Shown: positions 35,373-46,913, counted from the stretch's first letter. The stretch is 64,000 bases of DNA from Acidimicrobiia bacterium (GCA_044867425.1 JBIOUX010000039.1:15383-79382); one strand, 5' to 3'. Notes: a model not told the origin generated them from the letters alone. Program-made: numbers and translations.

Positions 35373-36017
35373 AGCTGATCCGCCCTCCAGCCGCCGGCGC
35401 TGTGCCTCGATGGCCGCCGTCCACTCGGCCCTGTCCTCGAAGGACTCCTCCATGGCCAGGTCGCCGTCCGGCTCCAGCCGTTCACCGGTGACCGGGTCGA
35501 GACGGACGACCTCCAGGCGGAAGAAGGCGGCGCCGGTGTCGGGGTCGGCCTCCACCGTCTGGCTCAGCCCGGTGCCGGTAGGGACGTGCATCTCGAGCCG
35601 CACCCAGGGCACGAGACCGGCCGACGCCGGCGAGCCGGACTCGGAGACCAGGACCCAGGCGCTGCCCTCCTGGGCGGCGGCGGCCAGGCGGGCCAGGCGC
35701 TCGGCGCGGGCCGCCGGCCCGGCCAGCTCCCGGTAGCGCATGGAGAAGCCGGCCCCGGCCACCAGGTTGATGTCCAGGTCGGCCAGGGGCAGCAGGGCCA
35801 GCGACGACGCCCGGTACACGATGTCGGAGGCGTCGGGCCAGGCCGCCACCAGGGCGGGCAGGTCCCCGCAGGAGCCCAGCTCGTCGGCCACCTTGCGCAC
35901 CAGCTCGACGGCCCGCTGGTAGAGATCGGGCCGGACCATGATGACGGGATACAGGCGCTCCTCGGCCGAGCTCCAGGTCGACAGCAGCTCGGCGGGCACC
36001 CCGAGTGGGATTGTCAT
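35361..36017 (-). CDS. Hypothetical protein (218 aa)
   Basis: ATG 36017. GC3-rich with normal composition (MTIPLGVPAELLSTWSSAEERLYPVIMVRPDLYQRAVELV...). I recognise no family. The rest of the 555-aa ORF is antisense junk over arcC. Confidence 0.55.
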   Translation of the reverse strand: MTIPLGVPAELLSTWSSAEERLYPVIMVRPDLYQRAVELVRKVADELGSCGDLPALVAAWPDASDIVYRASSLALLPLADLDINLVAGAGFSMRYRELAGPAARAERLARLAAAAQEGSAWVLVSESGSPASAGLVPWVRLEMHVPTGTGLSQTVEADPDTGAAFFRLEVVRLDPVTGERLEPDGDLAMEESFEDRAEWTAAIEAQRRRLEGGSASGG

Positions 36018-36095
36018 TCGCGCCCTCCCTCTACTATCGTGAACGCGAGGTTTCTCATCCTGTATGCCGCGCCGCCAGAGGAGGGGCCCGACGCA

Positions 36096-37082
36096 ATGGG
36101 CCGGATCGTAGTCCTCGCCTTGGGAGGCAACGCCCTGTGCCCCGTCGGAGCCGCGGGGACCTACGAGGAGCAGGAGCACAACGCCGCCCTCATGGCCCGC
36201 TCCGTCTGCTCGCTCATGTGGACGGGCTGGGACGTCGTGGTCGTGCACGGCAACGGCCCCCAGGTGGGCAACCTGGCCATCCAGCAGGAGGAGGGCTCGG
36301 ACCTCGTCCCGGCCCAGCCTCTCTTCGTCCTGGGCGCCATGACACAGGGCCAGCTCGGCAGCCTCCTCACCCTGGCCCTGCGCAAGGTGGCCGGTCCCCG
36401 GGGGCCCGACGTCGTGTCGGTGGTCACCCACGCCCTGGTCGACCCGGCCGATCCCGCCTTCTCCGACCCGACCAAGCCCATCGGGCCGTTCATGACGGCC
36501 GAGGAGGCGAAGGAGAACGCCGCCGCCCGGGGCTGGACAGTCAAAGAGGACGCGGGGCGGGGCTGGCGCCGGGTGGTGCCCTCCCCTGAGCCCCTGGGGC
36601 TCCTGGAGGCCCCCGCCATCCGGGCCCTGCTGGGGGAAGGCTTCCTCGTGGTGGCCGGTGGCGGCGGGGGCATTCCCCTTGTCCCCACCCGCGACGGGTA
36701 CCGGGGCGTGGAGGCGGTGATCGACAAGGACTACGCCGCCGCCGCCCTGGCCACCTCGCTCGGCGCTTCGGCCCTGGTGTTGGTGACGAGCGTGGAGTCG
36801 GTCCTCCTCGACTACGGCACCCCCGAGCAGCGGCCGGCGGAGGAGATGACCCTGGAAGACGCCGAGCGCCACCTGCACGACGGCCAGTTCCCCGAGGGCA
36901 GCATGGGCCCCAAGGTGCGCTCCGCCACCCGGTTCCTGCGGGCCGGCGGCGAGACCGCCGTCATCACCACCCCGGCGCTGGTCTACGCCTCCCTGGAAGG
37001 CACGGTGTCGGAGCTGGAGGGCCATCACGGGACCCGGATCGTGCGGTTGCGCCAGGTCGAAACGGAGAGCCCCCTGCTGTGA
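36096..37082 (+). CDS. arcC: Carbamate kinase
   Basis: RIVVLALGGNAL...VVVVHGNGPQVG...KPIGPF...GW.V.EDAGRGWRRVVPSP.P......I..L...G..VVAGGGGGIP...G.EAVIDKD.A...LA are canonical carbamate kinase blocks. Confidence 0.92.
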   Translation: MGRIVVLALGGNALCPVGAAGTYEEQEHNAALMARSVCSLMWTGWDVVVVHGNGPQVGNLAIQQEEGSDLVPAQPLFVLGAMTQGQLGSLLTLALRKVAGPRGPDVVSVVTHALVDPADPAFSDPTKPIGPFMTAEEAKENAAARGWTVKEDAGRGWRRVVPSPEPLGLLEAPAIRALLGEGFLVVAGGGGGIPLVPTRDGYRGVEAVIDKDYAAAALATSLGASALVLVTSVESVLLDYGTPEQRPAEEMTLEDAERHLHDGQFPEGSMGPKVRSATRFLRAGGETAVITTPALVYASLEGTVSELEGHHGTRIVRLRQVETESPLL

Positions 37083-38281
37083 CGCTGCCCGTCCTGCTCG
37101 TGGCCCACTCCACCCGGCCCCGGGGCGGCCTGGTGCACACCCTGTTCCTGGCCGAGGCCCTCCACCGCCTGGGCCAGCCCGTCGGTCTGGTGGCCCTGGG
37201 CGACCCGGCCGAGGGCCTGTTCCGGGCCACGGCCGTGCCCCACACGATCCTGCCCTCCCCGCCGCCGGCCCCGACGCTGGAGGAACGGGTGTTCGCCGCC
37301 GTCGACGCCCTGGAAGACGGGCTGCGGGGTCTGGTCAAGGGGCCCACCATCCTCCACGCCCAGGACTGCATCGCGGCCCGGGCCGCCGGGCGCATCCGCG
37401 ACGCCGACCGCTTCCCCGCCCTGACCGGTGTGCGCATCGTCCGCACCGTCCACCACTGCGACGACTTCACCACCGAGATCCTGGTCGAGTGCCAGCGCCG
37501 CTCCATCCACGACCCCGACCGGGTGCTGGTGGTGAGCCGGCAGTGGCAGGACATCCTGGCTGCCGACTACGACGTGAAGGCCGACATCGTGGCCAACGGC
37601 ATCGACCCGGATCGCTTCGGCCCGGCCGTTCCCGGTCAGCGGGATGAGCTCCGTTCCCGGCTGGGCGTGGGCGACGGCGGGTTCTTCGTGTTGACGGTGG
37701 GCGGCATCGAACCCCGCAAGGGGACCGCCACCCTGTTCGAGGCGCTGGCGGTTTTGAAGAGCCGCCTCGCCGTGGCCCCCGTGCTCGGCATCGTGGGCGG
37801 CCACTCCTTCCAGGACTACAAGGCGTACCGGGACGCCGCCCTGGCCCGCCTGCCCGAGCTCGGCCTGGAACTGGGACGGGACGTCGTCCTCCTCGGCACC
37901 GTCTCCGATGAAGAGCTCGGCGGCTGGTACCGGGCCGCCGACGCCTTCGCCTTCCCCTCGGTCAAGGAGGGCTTCGGCCTGGTGGTGCTGGAGGCGATGG
38001 CGATGAGTCTCCCCGTGGTGGCGACCGACATCCCCGTCTTCGCCGAGTACCTGACCGACGGGAAGAATGCCCTCCTGGCGCCGGCCGGTGACGCCACCGG
38101 CCTGGCCGGCGCCCTGGAACGGCTGGCCACCGACCCGGCGTTACGGGAGCGTCTGGTCGCCGGCGGCGCCGACGTGGTGGGCCGCTTCACCTGGGAAGCC
38201 AGCGCCCGTCGCCACATCGACATCTACGCCGCCGTGGAAGAGACGCAGAAGCTGCCGTCCGTCCCGTCCGTCCTGGAGTAG
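37079..38281 (+). CDS. GT4-family glycosyltransferase (candidate MSMEG_0565-type)
   Basis: C-terminal GT-B motif FAFPSVKEGFGLVVLEAMAMSLPVVATDIPVFAEY. The GTG start overlaps the arcC stop (GTGA). Confidence 0.88.
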   Translation: MTLPVLLVAHSTRPRGGLVHTLFLAEALHRLGQPVGLVALGDPAEGLFRATAVPHTILPSPPPAPTLEERVFAAVDALEDGLRGLVKGPTILHAQDCIAARAAGRIRDADRFPALTGVRIVRTVHHCDDFTTEILVECQRRSIHDPDRVLVVSRQWQDILAADYDVKADIVANGIDPDRFGPAVPGQRDELRSRLGVGDGGFFVLTVGGIEPRKGTATLFEALAVLKSRLAVAPVLGIVGGHSFQDYKAYRDAALARLPELGLELGRDVVLLGTVSDEELGGWYRAADAFAFPSVKEGFGLVVLEAMAMSLPVVATDIPVFAEYLTDGKNALLAPAGDATGLAGALERLATDPALRERLVAGGADVVGRFTWEASARRHIDIYAAVEETQKLPSVPSVLE

Positions 38282-38327
38282 GTGGTCGCGTTCCTCCCCC
38301 TCACAGGGGGTCAAGCGCGACCACCTT
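38280..38327. repeat. 48-bp palindromic intergenic repeat element, copy 2 (inverted relative to copy 1)
   Basis: AGGTGGTCGCGTTCCTCCCCCTCACAGGGGGTCAAGCGCGACCACCTT. Outer stem AGGTGGTCGCG/CGCGACCACCT and inner hairpin CCCCC-TCACA-GGGGG. It starts inside the TAG stop of the glycosyltransferase. Confidence 0.75.
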
Positions 38328-38355
38328 GGGCACGGGTCCCGGCGATAATTCCGGC

Positions 38356-38943
38356 ATGGATCAGGCACGGGGCAAGCACTTGAGCATCGTCGACTACGAC
38401 GCGACGTGGCCGGCCAGATTCAAGGACATCGGCGCCGCTCTGCGCGAGAGGCTCGGGGAGCACGCTCTCCGGGTCGACCACATCGGATCGACCGCCGTTC
38501 CCGGTCTGGCGGCGAAGGACGTCATCGACATCCAGGTGACGGTGGCGTCTCTCGATGCGGCGGACTGCTGGCCGGACGAGCTGCTGCCGAACCTGACGCG
38601 GAAGTACCGGGGAACCGCCGACGATCACGTTCCTCCCGGGGCGACGGGGGATCCCCGCCAGTGGACGAAGCACCTCTGGTCCGAGAGGTTGGCGATCCAC
38701 GTCCACGTGCGGGAGGACGGCCGGCTGAACCAGCGCTACGCGCTGCTGTTCCGTGACTACCTGCGAGCCGACGCCACCGCAGCCGGCGCCTACGGGCTCC
38801 TGAAGCGCGCCCTTGCGGACGTGGTGGCCGATGACTGGGACACCTATTACGCCGACAAGGATCCCGCCCGCGATCTGATCATGGCGGGCGCCGAGCAGTG
38901 GGCGCTCCGCACCGGTTGGACGCCAGGACCGACCGACGCCTAG
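38356..38943 (+). CDS. GrpB-family (UPF0157) nucleotidyltransferase-fold protein
   Basis: IVDYDATWPARF......L.......ALRVDHIGSTAVPGLAAKDVIDIQV is typical GrpB. Confidence 0.85.
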   Translation: MDQARGKHLSIVDYDATWPARFKDIGAALRERLGEHALRVDHIGSTAVPGLAAKDVIDIQVTVASLDAADCWPDELLPNLTRKYRGTADDHVPPGATGDPRQWTKHLWSERLAIHVHVREDGRLNQRYALLFRDYLRADATAAGAYGLLKRALADVVADDWDTYYADKDPARDLIMAGAEQWALRTGWTPGPTDA

Positions 38944-38981
38944 CCGCAGCAGCGGCAGCGGCAGCGGCAAGACTGGAAACC

Positions 38982-39353
38982 ATGCTGAGCATCGGGACGG
39001 TCGTCATGGGCGTGGGGGACCTGCGCCGCGCCGTGGACTTCTGGACACGGGCGCTCAACTACGTGCCGAAACGCGAGATCACCGCCGAGGACGACTTCGT
39101 CATCCTCGTTCCGGCAGCCGGCGACGGTACCCACGTGGCGCTCGATGTCAGCGAGACGCCCCCGCAGCCGTACCCCCGGGTCCATCTCGACCTGTACGCC
39201 GGCGATGCCGCCGACCAGGTCGCCGAGGTGGAGCGGCTCGTCTCGCTCGGTGCGCGGCGTGTCGATTGGGACCGGTACCCGGAGGATGCTGACTTCATCG
39301 TCCTCGCCGACCCCGAGGGCAACCGGTTCTGCGTCATCGACACCCAGCGCTGA
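38982..39353 (+). CDS. VOC/glyoxalase-family protein
   Basis: IGTVVMGVGDLRRAVDFWTRALNY..., HLDLYA... and LADPEGNRFCVI are glyoxalase-fold beta-alpha-beta-beta-beta modules. Confidence 0.85.
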   Translation: MLSIGTVVMGVGDLRRAVDFWTRALNYVPKREITAEDDFVILVPAAGDGTHVALDVSETPPQPYPRVHLDLYAGDAADQVAEVERLVSLGARRVDWDRYPEDADFIVLADPEGNRFCVIDTQR

Positions 39354-39395
39354 GGGAACGTTCGAGGTCGGCGGGTCCACCGCCCGCCGCCGGCC

Positions 39396-40430
39396 CTAGG
39401 AGCTCGCCGTGTCCTCGTCGAAGACGCGGCTCTTGAGCAGGTCCTCGGCTTCGATGCGCATCAGGTCGTCGCGGCCCACCTGGCGCTTCCCGCCGGAGAC
39501 GAGCCGGTTGGCGTGGCGGAGCCGGGCCCGCTCCAGGGCGTTGCGGACGGACCGGGCGTTGGCGAAGCGGGGCTGGATGCGGCGCCGCTCCAGGTAGTCC
39601 CGGAAGGCCTCCTGGGCCTCGGGGGAGAGCTCGTAGCGCTGCTCGGTGAGCATGAGGTCGCCGATGGCCAGCAGCTCGTCGAGGCCGTACTCGGGGAAGT
39701 CGATGTGGTGGGCGATGCGGGAGCTCATCCCCGGGTTGGACTGGAAGAAGGTGTCCATCCGGTCCTTGTAGCCGGCGAGGATGACGACGAGATCCTCCCG
39801 CTGGTTCTCCATCACCTGGAGGAGGATCTCGATCGCCTCCTGGCCGTAGTCCCGCTCGTTCTCCGCCCGGTGCAGGTAATAGGCCTCGTCGATGAACAGC
39901 ACCCCGCCCATGGCCCGGCGCAGCACGTCCCTGGTCTTGGGTGCGGTGTGCCCGATGTACTGGCCCACCAGCTCGTCCCGGGTGACCGACACCAGGTGGC
40001 CCTTGCCCAGGTAGCCCAGGCTGTGGAGCAGCTCCCCCATCCGCATGGCCACCGTGGTCTTGCCCGTCCCCGGAGGGCCGGTGAAGGACATGTGGAGCGT
40101 GGGCCGGGTGGAGTCGAGCCCGAAGCGGCACCGGAGGCGGTCGACGAGGAGGAGGGCGGCGATCTCCCGGATGCGGGTCTTGACCGGCACCAGCCCGACC
40201 AGCTCCCGGTCGAGGCGGTCGAGGACGGCGTCGACCTCGAGGGAGCGCCGCTCGGCGTCGATGTCGACCAGGGCGTCAGCCGCCAGCGGCTCGTCCTCCT
40301 CCGGTGCCGGCTCTGCCTCCTTGTTCTCCTCCGGTTCCGTCCGGACGTCGGGTTGGCGGCCGCCGGGCGCGGGCACGGCGAAGCCGAAGCGGGCCCCGCC
40401 CCCGCCGTTGGCCGCGCCGTCACCCGTCAT
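39396..40430 (-). CDS. cbbX: CbbX, AAA+ red-type RuBisCO activase
   Basis: [28 protein letters not shown], Walker [12 protein letters not shown], Walker [26 protein letters not shown]. Sits directly downstream of cbbS. Confidence 0.93.
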   Translation of the reverse strand: MTGDGAANGGGGARFGFAVPAPGGRQPDVRTEPEENKEAEPAPEEDEPLAADALVDIDAERRSLEVDAVLDRLDRELVGLVPVKTRIREIAALLLVDRLRCRFGLDSTRPTLHMSFTGPPGTGKTTVAMRMGELLHSLGYLGKGHLVSVTRDELVGQYIGHTAPKTRDVLRRAMGGVLFIDEAYYLHRAENERDYGQEAIEILLQVMENQREDLVVILAGYKDRMDTFFQSNPGMSSRIAHHIDFPEYGLDELLAIGDLMLTEQRYELSPEAQEAFRDYLERRRIQPRFANARSVRNALERARLRHANRLVSGGKRQVGRDDLMRIEAEDLLKSRVFDEDTASS

Positions 40431-40433
40431 CCG

Positions 40434-40862
40434 TCACTGCCCGTTGGTGTAGCGCTCGCCGGGCGGGCGGTCGGCGGCGTAGGGGTGGAGGGTGTAGCGG
40501 ATCCGGCGGTCGGCGCTCGCCTGGCGCTCCAGGCGGAAGCCGGGCTCGTTGGGCGGCCGGTTGACCAGGAAGGACAGGCCCGTCGTCTGGCGGCCCAGGC
40601 GGGCGTCGTAGGCGCTCACCCGGATGTACTGGTTGGGGAAGGCCTCCCGGCACTTGCGCACCTCCTGGAGGACGGCGGCCGGGTCGGAGATGTCGAACAT
40701 GGGCAGCCCCCACATCTCCCAGTAGGCGTTGCGGGGGTGGGGGTCGTCGGTGAACTCCACGGCCAGAGCCCAGCCGTTCTCGATGGCGTAGTTGGCCTGG
40801 GCGCCGATCTCGTCGTCGGTCAGATCGGGCAGGTAGGAGAAGGTGCCTTGGGTGAGCCGCAT
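40434..40862 (-). CDS. cbbS: RuBisCO small subunit (red-type, with C-terminal extension)
   Basis: [21 protein letters not shown]....[25 protein letters not shown] is canonical. 142 aa. Confidence 0.93.
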   Translation of the reverse strand: MRLTQGTFSYLPDLTDDEIGAQANYAIENGWALAVEFTDDPHPRNAYWEMWGLPMFDISDPAAVLQEVRKCREAFPNQYIRVSAYDARLGRQTTGLSFLVNRPPNEPGFRLERQASADRRIRYTLHPYAADRPPGERYTNGQ

Positions 40863-40878
40863 GGATGCTCCGCTCCTC

Positions 40879-42393
<1,515 letters not shown>

Positions 42394-42515
42394 TCACCAC
42401 CAACCATTAAGTCTCTGTTTATGACTCCCGGTAAGTACGCGAAACGCGGGGCGATGAGTTTCGGGCGCCCCAATCGTCGGTACCAGCGAAGACGAAGCCG
42501 GCGACAGGAGAAGCC

Positions 42516-42989
42516 ATGCCCAAGATCACCCCCAACCTCTGGTTCGACACGGAAGGACAGGAGGCGGCCGAGTTCTACGTGTCGGTCTTTCCGAACTCGA
42601 AGATCACCAACGTCACCCACTACACCGAGGCCGGCCCGCGACCGGCCGGCACCGTGCTGACCGTCGAGTTCGTCCTCGACGGGCAGGAGTTCGTCGCCAT
42701 CAACGGCGGCCCGGAGTTCACGTTCGACGAGGCGATCTCCCTCATGATCACCTGCGAGGACCAGGACGAGATCGACTACTACTGGGCCAAGCTCTCCGAA
42801 GGCGGCGAAGAGGGGCCGTGCGGTTGGCTCAAGGACCGCTACGGCCTGTCCTGGCAGGTCGTCCCGGGCGGCATGGCCGACGCGCTCAACGACCCGGACC
42901 AGGGCCGCGCCACGCGCGCCATGACGGCGATGCTGGGCATGAAGAAGATCGACATCGCCGCCCTCCAGGCCGCCGCTGATCAGGCCTGA
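42516..42989 (+). CDS. VOC-family protein (PhnB / 3-demethylubiquinone-9 3-methyltransferase-domain type)
   Basis: MPKITPNLWFD..G.EAAEFYVSVFPNSKI..........G....V..VEF.L.GQ.F.AINGGP.F.F.EAIS....C..Q.E.D.YW.KL......CGWLKDRYG.SWQVVP. Confidence 0.85.
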   Translation: MPKITPNLWFDTEGQEAAEFYVSVFPNSKITNVTHYTEAGPRPAGTVLTVEFVLDGQEFVAINGGPEFTFDEAISLMITCEDQDEIDYYWAKLSEGGEEGPCGWLKDRYGLSWQVVPGGMADALNDPDQGRATRAMTAMLGMKKIDIAALQAAADQA

Positions 42990-43963
42990 GGCGGCAGGCC
43001 GGTGACGGGCTCGGCGGTCAGGTCGATGACCGTGGCCGTCTCCGCTCCCAGGCGGGCCCGCAGCAGGCCGGAATCGTCGATGGTGCCCACCACGGCGGCG
43101 TCCAGGCCCCGTTCCAGGAACGGGCGGGCACAGTCCTCCTCCTGGCCCGGCGGGGCGCACAGGAGGAAGGCGAAGCAGGGAAAGGACACCACCCAGGCGG
43201 ACAGCGACACCCCGGTTGGCTGGGGCAGGGCGTCGAGGTCGACGGTGACCCCGAGGCGGTGGCATTCCAGGAGCATGGCCAGGGATCCGAGCAGGCCGGG
43301 CATGCTCACGTCCTTGGCCGCCACCGCCGCCCCCGACTCGGCCACCGCGGCCAGGGTGCGGACGTCACCGCCCAGCCGGGTGCCCCGGGCGTCGAAGGAG
43401 GCGAAGAACGGGAAGTCGGCCCGCATGGTGCCCTGGGTGCAGCAGGCCACCAGCAGGCTCTGGCCGGCGGCGGCGTGGCGGGCGGCGAGCACCGGTCCAT
43501 CGGCCCGGCCCAGGCCGAAGGCCGACAGGGCCGGGGGACCGTCGCGCACGGTCAGGTGCCCGCCCACCACCGGCACCTGGTAGAGCATGGAGGCGTGGCG
43601 CATGCCCTCCAGGGCCTTGCGAGCCACCAGCTCGGGGCCGGTGACGGTGTCGACCACGGCCAGGGGCCGGGCGCCCATGGCGGCCAGGTCGTTGACGTTG
43701 GCCAGCACGGCGGCCACGCCGGCACCGAAGGGGTCGGCCTCCAGGAACGGCGGCCAGATGGCCTCGCCCCCGACCACCATGGTGGCCTCCTTGTCGACCA
43801 CCACGGCCCCGTCGTCGCCCGGCCCGGCCAGCCAGTCCCCCGCCCCCAGCACCTCGCCCACCAGGGCGATGGGCGCCTTGTTGCGCAGGCCGGGATGGGC
43901 GCGCACGGCGGCCACCACCGATTCCAGGGTGGCGCTCGTGGTCAGCGCCTGCTCGAGGGCCAT
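42980..43963 (-). CDS. AIR-synthase-related (PurM-like) protein, candidate sll0787/MSMEG_0571 family
   Basis: PurM-type N-domain GPGDDGAVV....MVVGGEAI.P.F...DPFGAGVAAVLANVNDLAAMGARPLAVVD and C-domain KDVSMPGLLGSLAMLLE. Lies 9 nt downstream of fdrA. Confidence 0.85.
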   Translation of the reverse strand: MALEQALTTSATLESVVAAVRAHPGLRNKAPIALVGEVLGAGDWLAGPGDDGAVVVDKEATMVVGGEAIWPPFLEADPFGAGVAAVLANVNDLAAMGARPLAVVDTVTGPELVARKALEGMRHASMLYQVPVVGGHLTVRDGPPALSAFGLGRADGPVLAARHAAAGQSLLVACCTQGTMRADFPFFASFDARGTRLGGDVRTLAAVAESGAAVAAKDVSMPGLLGSLAMLLECHRLGVTVDLDALPQPTGVSLSAWVVSFPCFAFLLCAPPGQEEDCARPFLERGLDAAVVGTIDDSGLLRARLGAETATVIDLTAEPVTGLPPQA

Positions 43964-43972
43964 ACCCGCAGA

Positions 43973-45538
43973 TTAGGCGGAGGTGGTGGAGTTGGCCCCG
44001 GCGGGGGCGAGGACGAGCTCGGGCCGGCGGGTGGCGATGGCGGCGGCCGCCAGCGCCGCGCGGGCGGCGGTGGGAGCGACGAGGCACCCGGCCTCGGCCA
44101 GGGTGGCCTGCTGAGCGGCCAGTCCCTGGGGGTCGGCCTCGGTGCCGAGCACGTAGGCCACGATCTGGGTGCCGGCGGCCCGCACCTCGGCGCAGACCGG
44201 GGCCAGGGCGCCGGCGGGGTCGTCATTGGCGCCGTAGCCCAGGACGACGTCGAGAAGGACGACGGCCGTGGCCGGATTCCGGCTTTCCTCGGCCAGGTGC
44301 TCGAGTCGGATGGACGGATCGATCATCGGGTGAGGCCGGCCCTTGGTGTACTCCTCCTCACCCAGGTCGAGGCAGATGTGGCTGTCGGGCGGGGCGGGCA
44401 CGTCCCAGCCCTTGCGCAGCGGCGTGTTGGAGTGGACCGGGCCCAGCACGCCCGAGAGGAGCACCAGCGCCTCGTAGCACAGGGTGCCGCCCGAGTAGAG
44501 GCCACGGACCAGGCGGCGCCCGGGGTCCATGGTGGCGCAGGCGGCCCGCACCGCCTCGGCCAGGCCGCCGGCGGCGGGGTCGGGCGTGTCCTTCCCGGCC
44601 AGCTCCAGGGCCAGGAGCGCCCCTTCCTCCAGGGTGGTGGCCAGGCGCACCGTGTCCGGGACGGGGATGGGCTCCTTCAAGCCGATGAGGGCGGCGGCCA
44701 GGGGCGTGTCGCCGGCTTCGGCCACCACCGCCTGGGCCACCTCAGGCGATGGCGGCTTGGACACCAGCAGGATCACGTCGGTGCCCGGGTCCTGGCGCAG
44801 GGCGGCCACGGCCAGGCGGGCCATGCGCCCCCCGACCGCTTCCGACAGGTCGCGCCCGCCCACCCCGATGACGGCGGAGACCCCTGCCCCCCACCGGTCG
44901 AGGAGGCACATGACCTCCTGGGCTCCGGTGCCGGCGGCGGCGACCACGCCCACCCGGCCCCGGCGCACGACGTTGGCGAAGCCGAGCCCGCATCCTCCCA
45001 GCACGGCCGTCCCCGCCCCCGGCCCCATGACCAGCCGGCCCAGCGCCCGGCCCCGGTCCTTCAGCTCGATTTCCTCCTCCACCGGGACGTTGTCGGAGAA
45101 CAACAGCACGTGGAGCCCGGCGGTCAGGGCCTTGTGGGCTTCGAGGGCGGCGTAGTCGCCGGGGACGGACACGATGGCCAGGTTGGCGTCGGGAAGCTCG
45201 GCCACCGCCTCCTCCAGGCTGAGGGGTTCCGGCGCGGTGCCCGCCCCGTTCCTGCCGCCGCCACCGCGCCTGGGGCCACCCCCGAGGGCGGCGTGGCCGG
45301 CGGCCAGGGCCGCTTCGGCCGCCTCGTCGTCGCCGGCCCGGGCGGCCAGCACGCAGTCGTTGGCCCCGGCCCCGGCCAGGTCGAAGCCCTCGCCCTCCAT
45401 GATGGCGACGTTGGCCGGGGTGGCCATGGCCGCCGTGGCCCACTCGACCCCGTCGATCTCCCGCATGGCCCGGGTGGCGGCCATCTGGAGGACCGAGTCG
45501 ACGTAGGCGTCCTTGAGCAGGCGCAGCTTGTGGCTCAC
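43973..45538 (-). CDS. fdrA: FdrA-family protein (succinyl-CoA-synthetase-alpha-like; oxalurate/oxamate pathway-associated)
   Basis: The N-terminus ..LLKDAYVDSVLQMAATRAM.....VEWATAAMATPANVAIMEGEGF parallels E. coli FdrA. CoA-ligase-like Gly-rich repeats follow. GTG 45538. Confidence 0.88.
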   Translation of the reverse strand: MSHKLRLLKDAYVDSVLQMAATRAMREIDGVEWATAAMATPANVAIMEGEGFDLAGAGANDCVLAARAGDDEAAEAALAAGHAALGGGPRRGGGGRNGAGTAPEPLSLEEAVAELPDANLAIVSVPGDYAALEAHKALTAGLHVLLFSDNVPVEEEIELKDRGRALGRLVMGPGAGTAVLGGCGLGFANVVRRGRVGVVAAAGTGAQEVMCLLDRWGAGVSAVIGVGGRDLSEAVGGRMARLAVAALRQDPGTDVILLVSKPPSPEVAQAVVAEAGDTPLAAALIGLKEPIPVPDTVRLATTLEEGALLALELAGKDTPDPAAGGLAEAVRAACATMDPGRRLVRGLYSGGTLCYEALVLLSGVLGPVHSNTPLRKGWDVPAPPDSHICLDLGEEEYTKGRPHPMIDPSIRLEHLAEESRNPATAVVLLDVVLGYGANDDPAGALAPVCAEVRAAGTQIVAYVLGTEADPQGLAAQQATLAEAGCLVAPTAARAALAAAAIATRRPELVLAPAGANSTTSA

Positions 45539-45714
45539 ATCCGCCTCCGATTCGAGCCATAATCCCCGCCCGGCTCCCGCTCGCCGCCGCCGAAGCTCGG
45601 TCGGCGGCAGTGGGCGTCGCGTGGCGGATAGGAAAAACAGCGTTCACCATAGGAGACGGCACCCCATCTGACAAGCGTCTATCGTTCGGACGCTCTCTGA
45701 CGCGTTTCTTATGG

Positions 45715-45744
45715 TTGACGCCCATGTCGGAAAGTAGTTAGATT
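45715..45744 (+). promoter_or_regulatory. Candidate promoter TTGACG-N18-TAGATT for the radical-SAM operon
   Basis: TTGACG at 45715-45720 and TAGATT at 45739-45744, in an AT-enriched divergent intergenic region ~30 nt upstream of GTG 45774 (RBS GAGGGAGG). Confidence 0.35.
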
Positions 45745-45773
45745 TCACGCCTGGCTGCGAGAGGGAGGTCGAC

Positions 45774-46913
45774 GTGGATGTCGAAACGCCGGTAGACCTC
45801 GCCTGGCTGATCACCGAGCTCCAGAGCCGCGGCCTGCGGGCCGAGACCCCGATGGAGGGCCGGCGGGGCGGGGCGGGCCCCTCGGACTCGGGGATGCTCT
45901 GGATCGAAGGGGTGGCCGTCACCGTCCCCACCGACGCCCCCTGGGCCCGCTCCTCCCCCTATTCGCTGCGGCCCGAGGATGACGGCTTTGGCATCTACCG
46001 GGACGGCGCCCGGCTGGCCGGGGCCTCGGGCAGCCAGCGGCCCCGCTACTACGACCTGACCACCGCCGACGGGATTCCCTACTGGAAGATCGCCCCCCTC
46101 CACCTCGACTCGCTGGCCTCCACCGTCCTCCAGGCCTGCGCCTACTGGGGCAACGACGACCAATGCCGCTTCTGCGGGATCGGCCTGTCGCTGGAGGCCG
46201 GCCGTACCATCGCCCGCAAGTCACCCGAGCAGCTGGCCGAGGTGGCGGTGGCGGCCAAGGAGCTCGACGGCGCCGTCGACGCCACCCTCACCACCGGCTC
46301 GACCTCCGCCCCCGACAAGGGCGCCCTCTACGTGGGCCGCTGCGGGGCGGCCGTCAAGGCGGCCGCCGGCCTGCCCGTCGAGGTCCAGTTCGAACCCCCC
46401 GCCGACCTCGACGCCATCGACGCCGTGGCCGACATGGGCATCGACTCGGTCGGCATCCACGTGGAGACCTTCGACCCCGAGGTCCTGGCCCGGGTGGCGC
46501 CGGCCAAGGCCCGCACCGGCGTCGAGGGCTACTTCGCGGCCTGGGAGCGGGCCGTGGCCCGCTTCGGGCAGGGCCAGGTCTCCACCTACGTGATCCTGGG
46601 CATGGGCGAGGACCCCGAGCTCACCGTGGCCGGGTGCCGGCGGGCCATCGACATGGGCGTCTACCCCTTCGTGGTGCCGCTGCGGCCGATCGCCGGCACC
46701 CTCATGGAGGACCACGTACCGCCCTCGGCCGCCTACACCGAGTCCATCTACCGCCGGGTGGTGCCCTACCTCACCGCCCGGGGCATCACCGCCGGGGCCG
46801 TCTCCGCCGGCTGCGCCCGCTGCCAGGCCTGCTCGGCCATGGGGGCCATGGAGCGCACCGTCGAGCTGGGGGGCCGGCGGGCCAGCATCCCGCTCCAGGA
46901 CGCCCGGAGCTGA
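45774..46913 (+). CDS. Radical SAM protein, candidate MSMEG_0568 family
   Basis: Cys cluster CAYWGNDDQCRFCG (C-x8-C-x2-C), a TIM-barrel-like core (DSVGIHVETFDPEVLARVAP.K........F..W..A...F..G.VSTYVILGMGE) and C-terminal CARCQAC. Followed without a gap by its usual GNAT partner. Confidence 0.85.
   Translation: MDVETPVDLAWLITELQSRGLRAETPMEGRRGGAGPSDSGMLWIEGVAVTVPTDAPWARSSPYSLRPEDDGFGIYRDGARLAGASGSQRPRYYDLTTADGIPYWKIAPLHLDSLASTVLQACAYWGNDDQCRFCGIGLSLEAGRTIARKSPEQLAEVAVAAKELDGAVDATLTTGSTSAPDKGALYVGRCGAAVKAAAGLPVEVQFEPPADLDAIDAVADMGIDSVGIHVETFDPEVLARVAPAKARTGVEGYFAAWERAVARFGQGQVSTYVILGMGEDPELTVAGCRRAIDMGVYPFVVPLRPIAGTLMEDHVPPSAAYTESIYRRVVPYLTARGITAGAVSAGCARCQACSAMGAMERTVELGGRRASIPLQDARS

Noticed and set aside
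38946-38969. Hexanucleotide microsatellite (GCAGCG/GCGGCA x ~4) between the GrpB and VOC genes.
   Set aside because: It is short, GC-rich and intergenic, with no evident structure or coding consequence. It is probably trivial low complexity.
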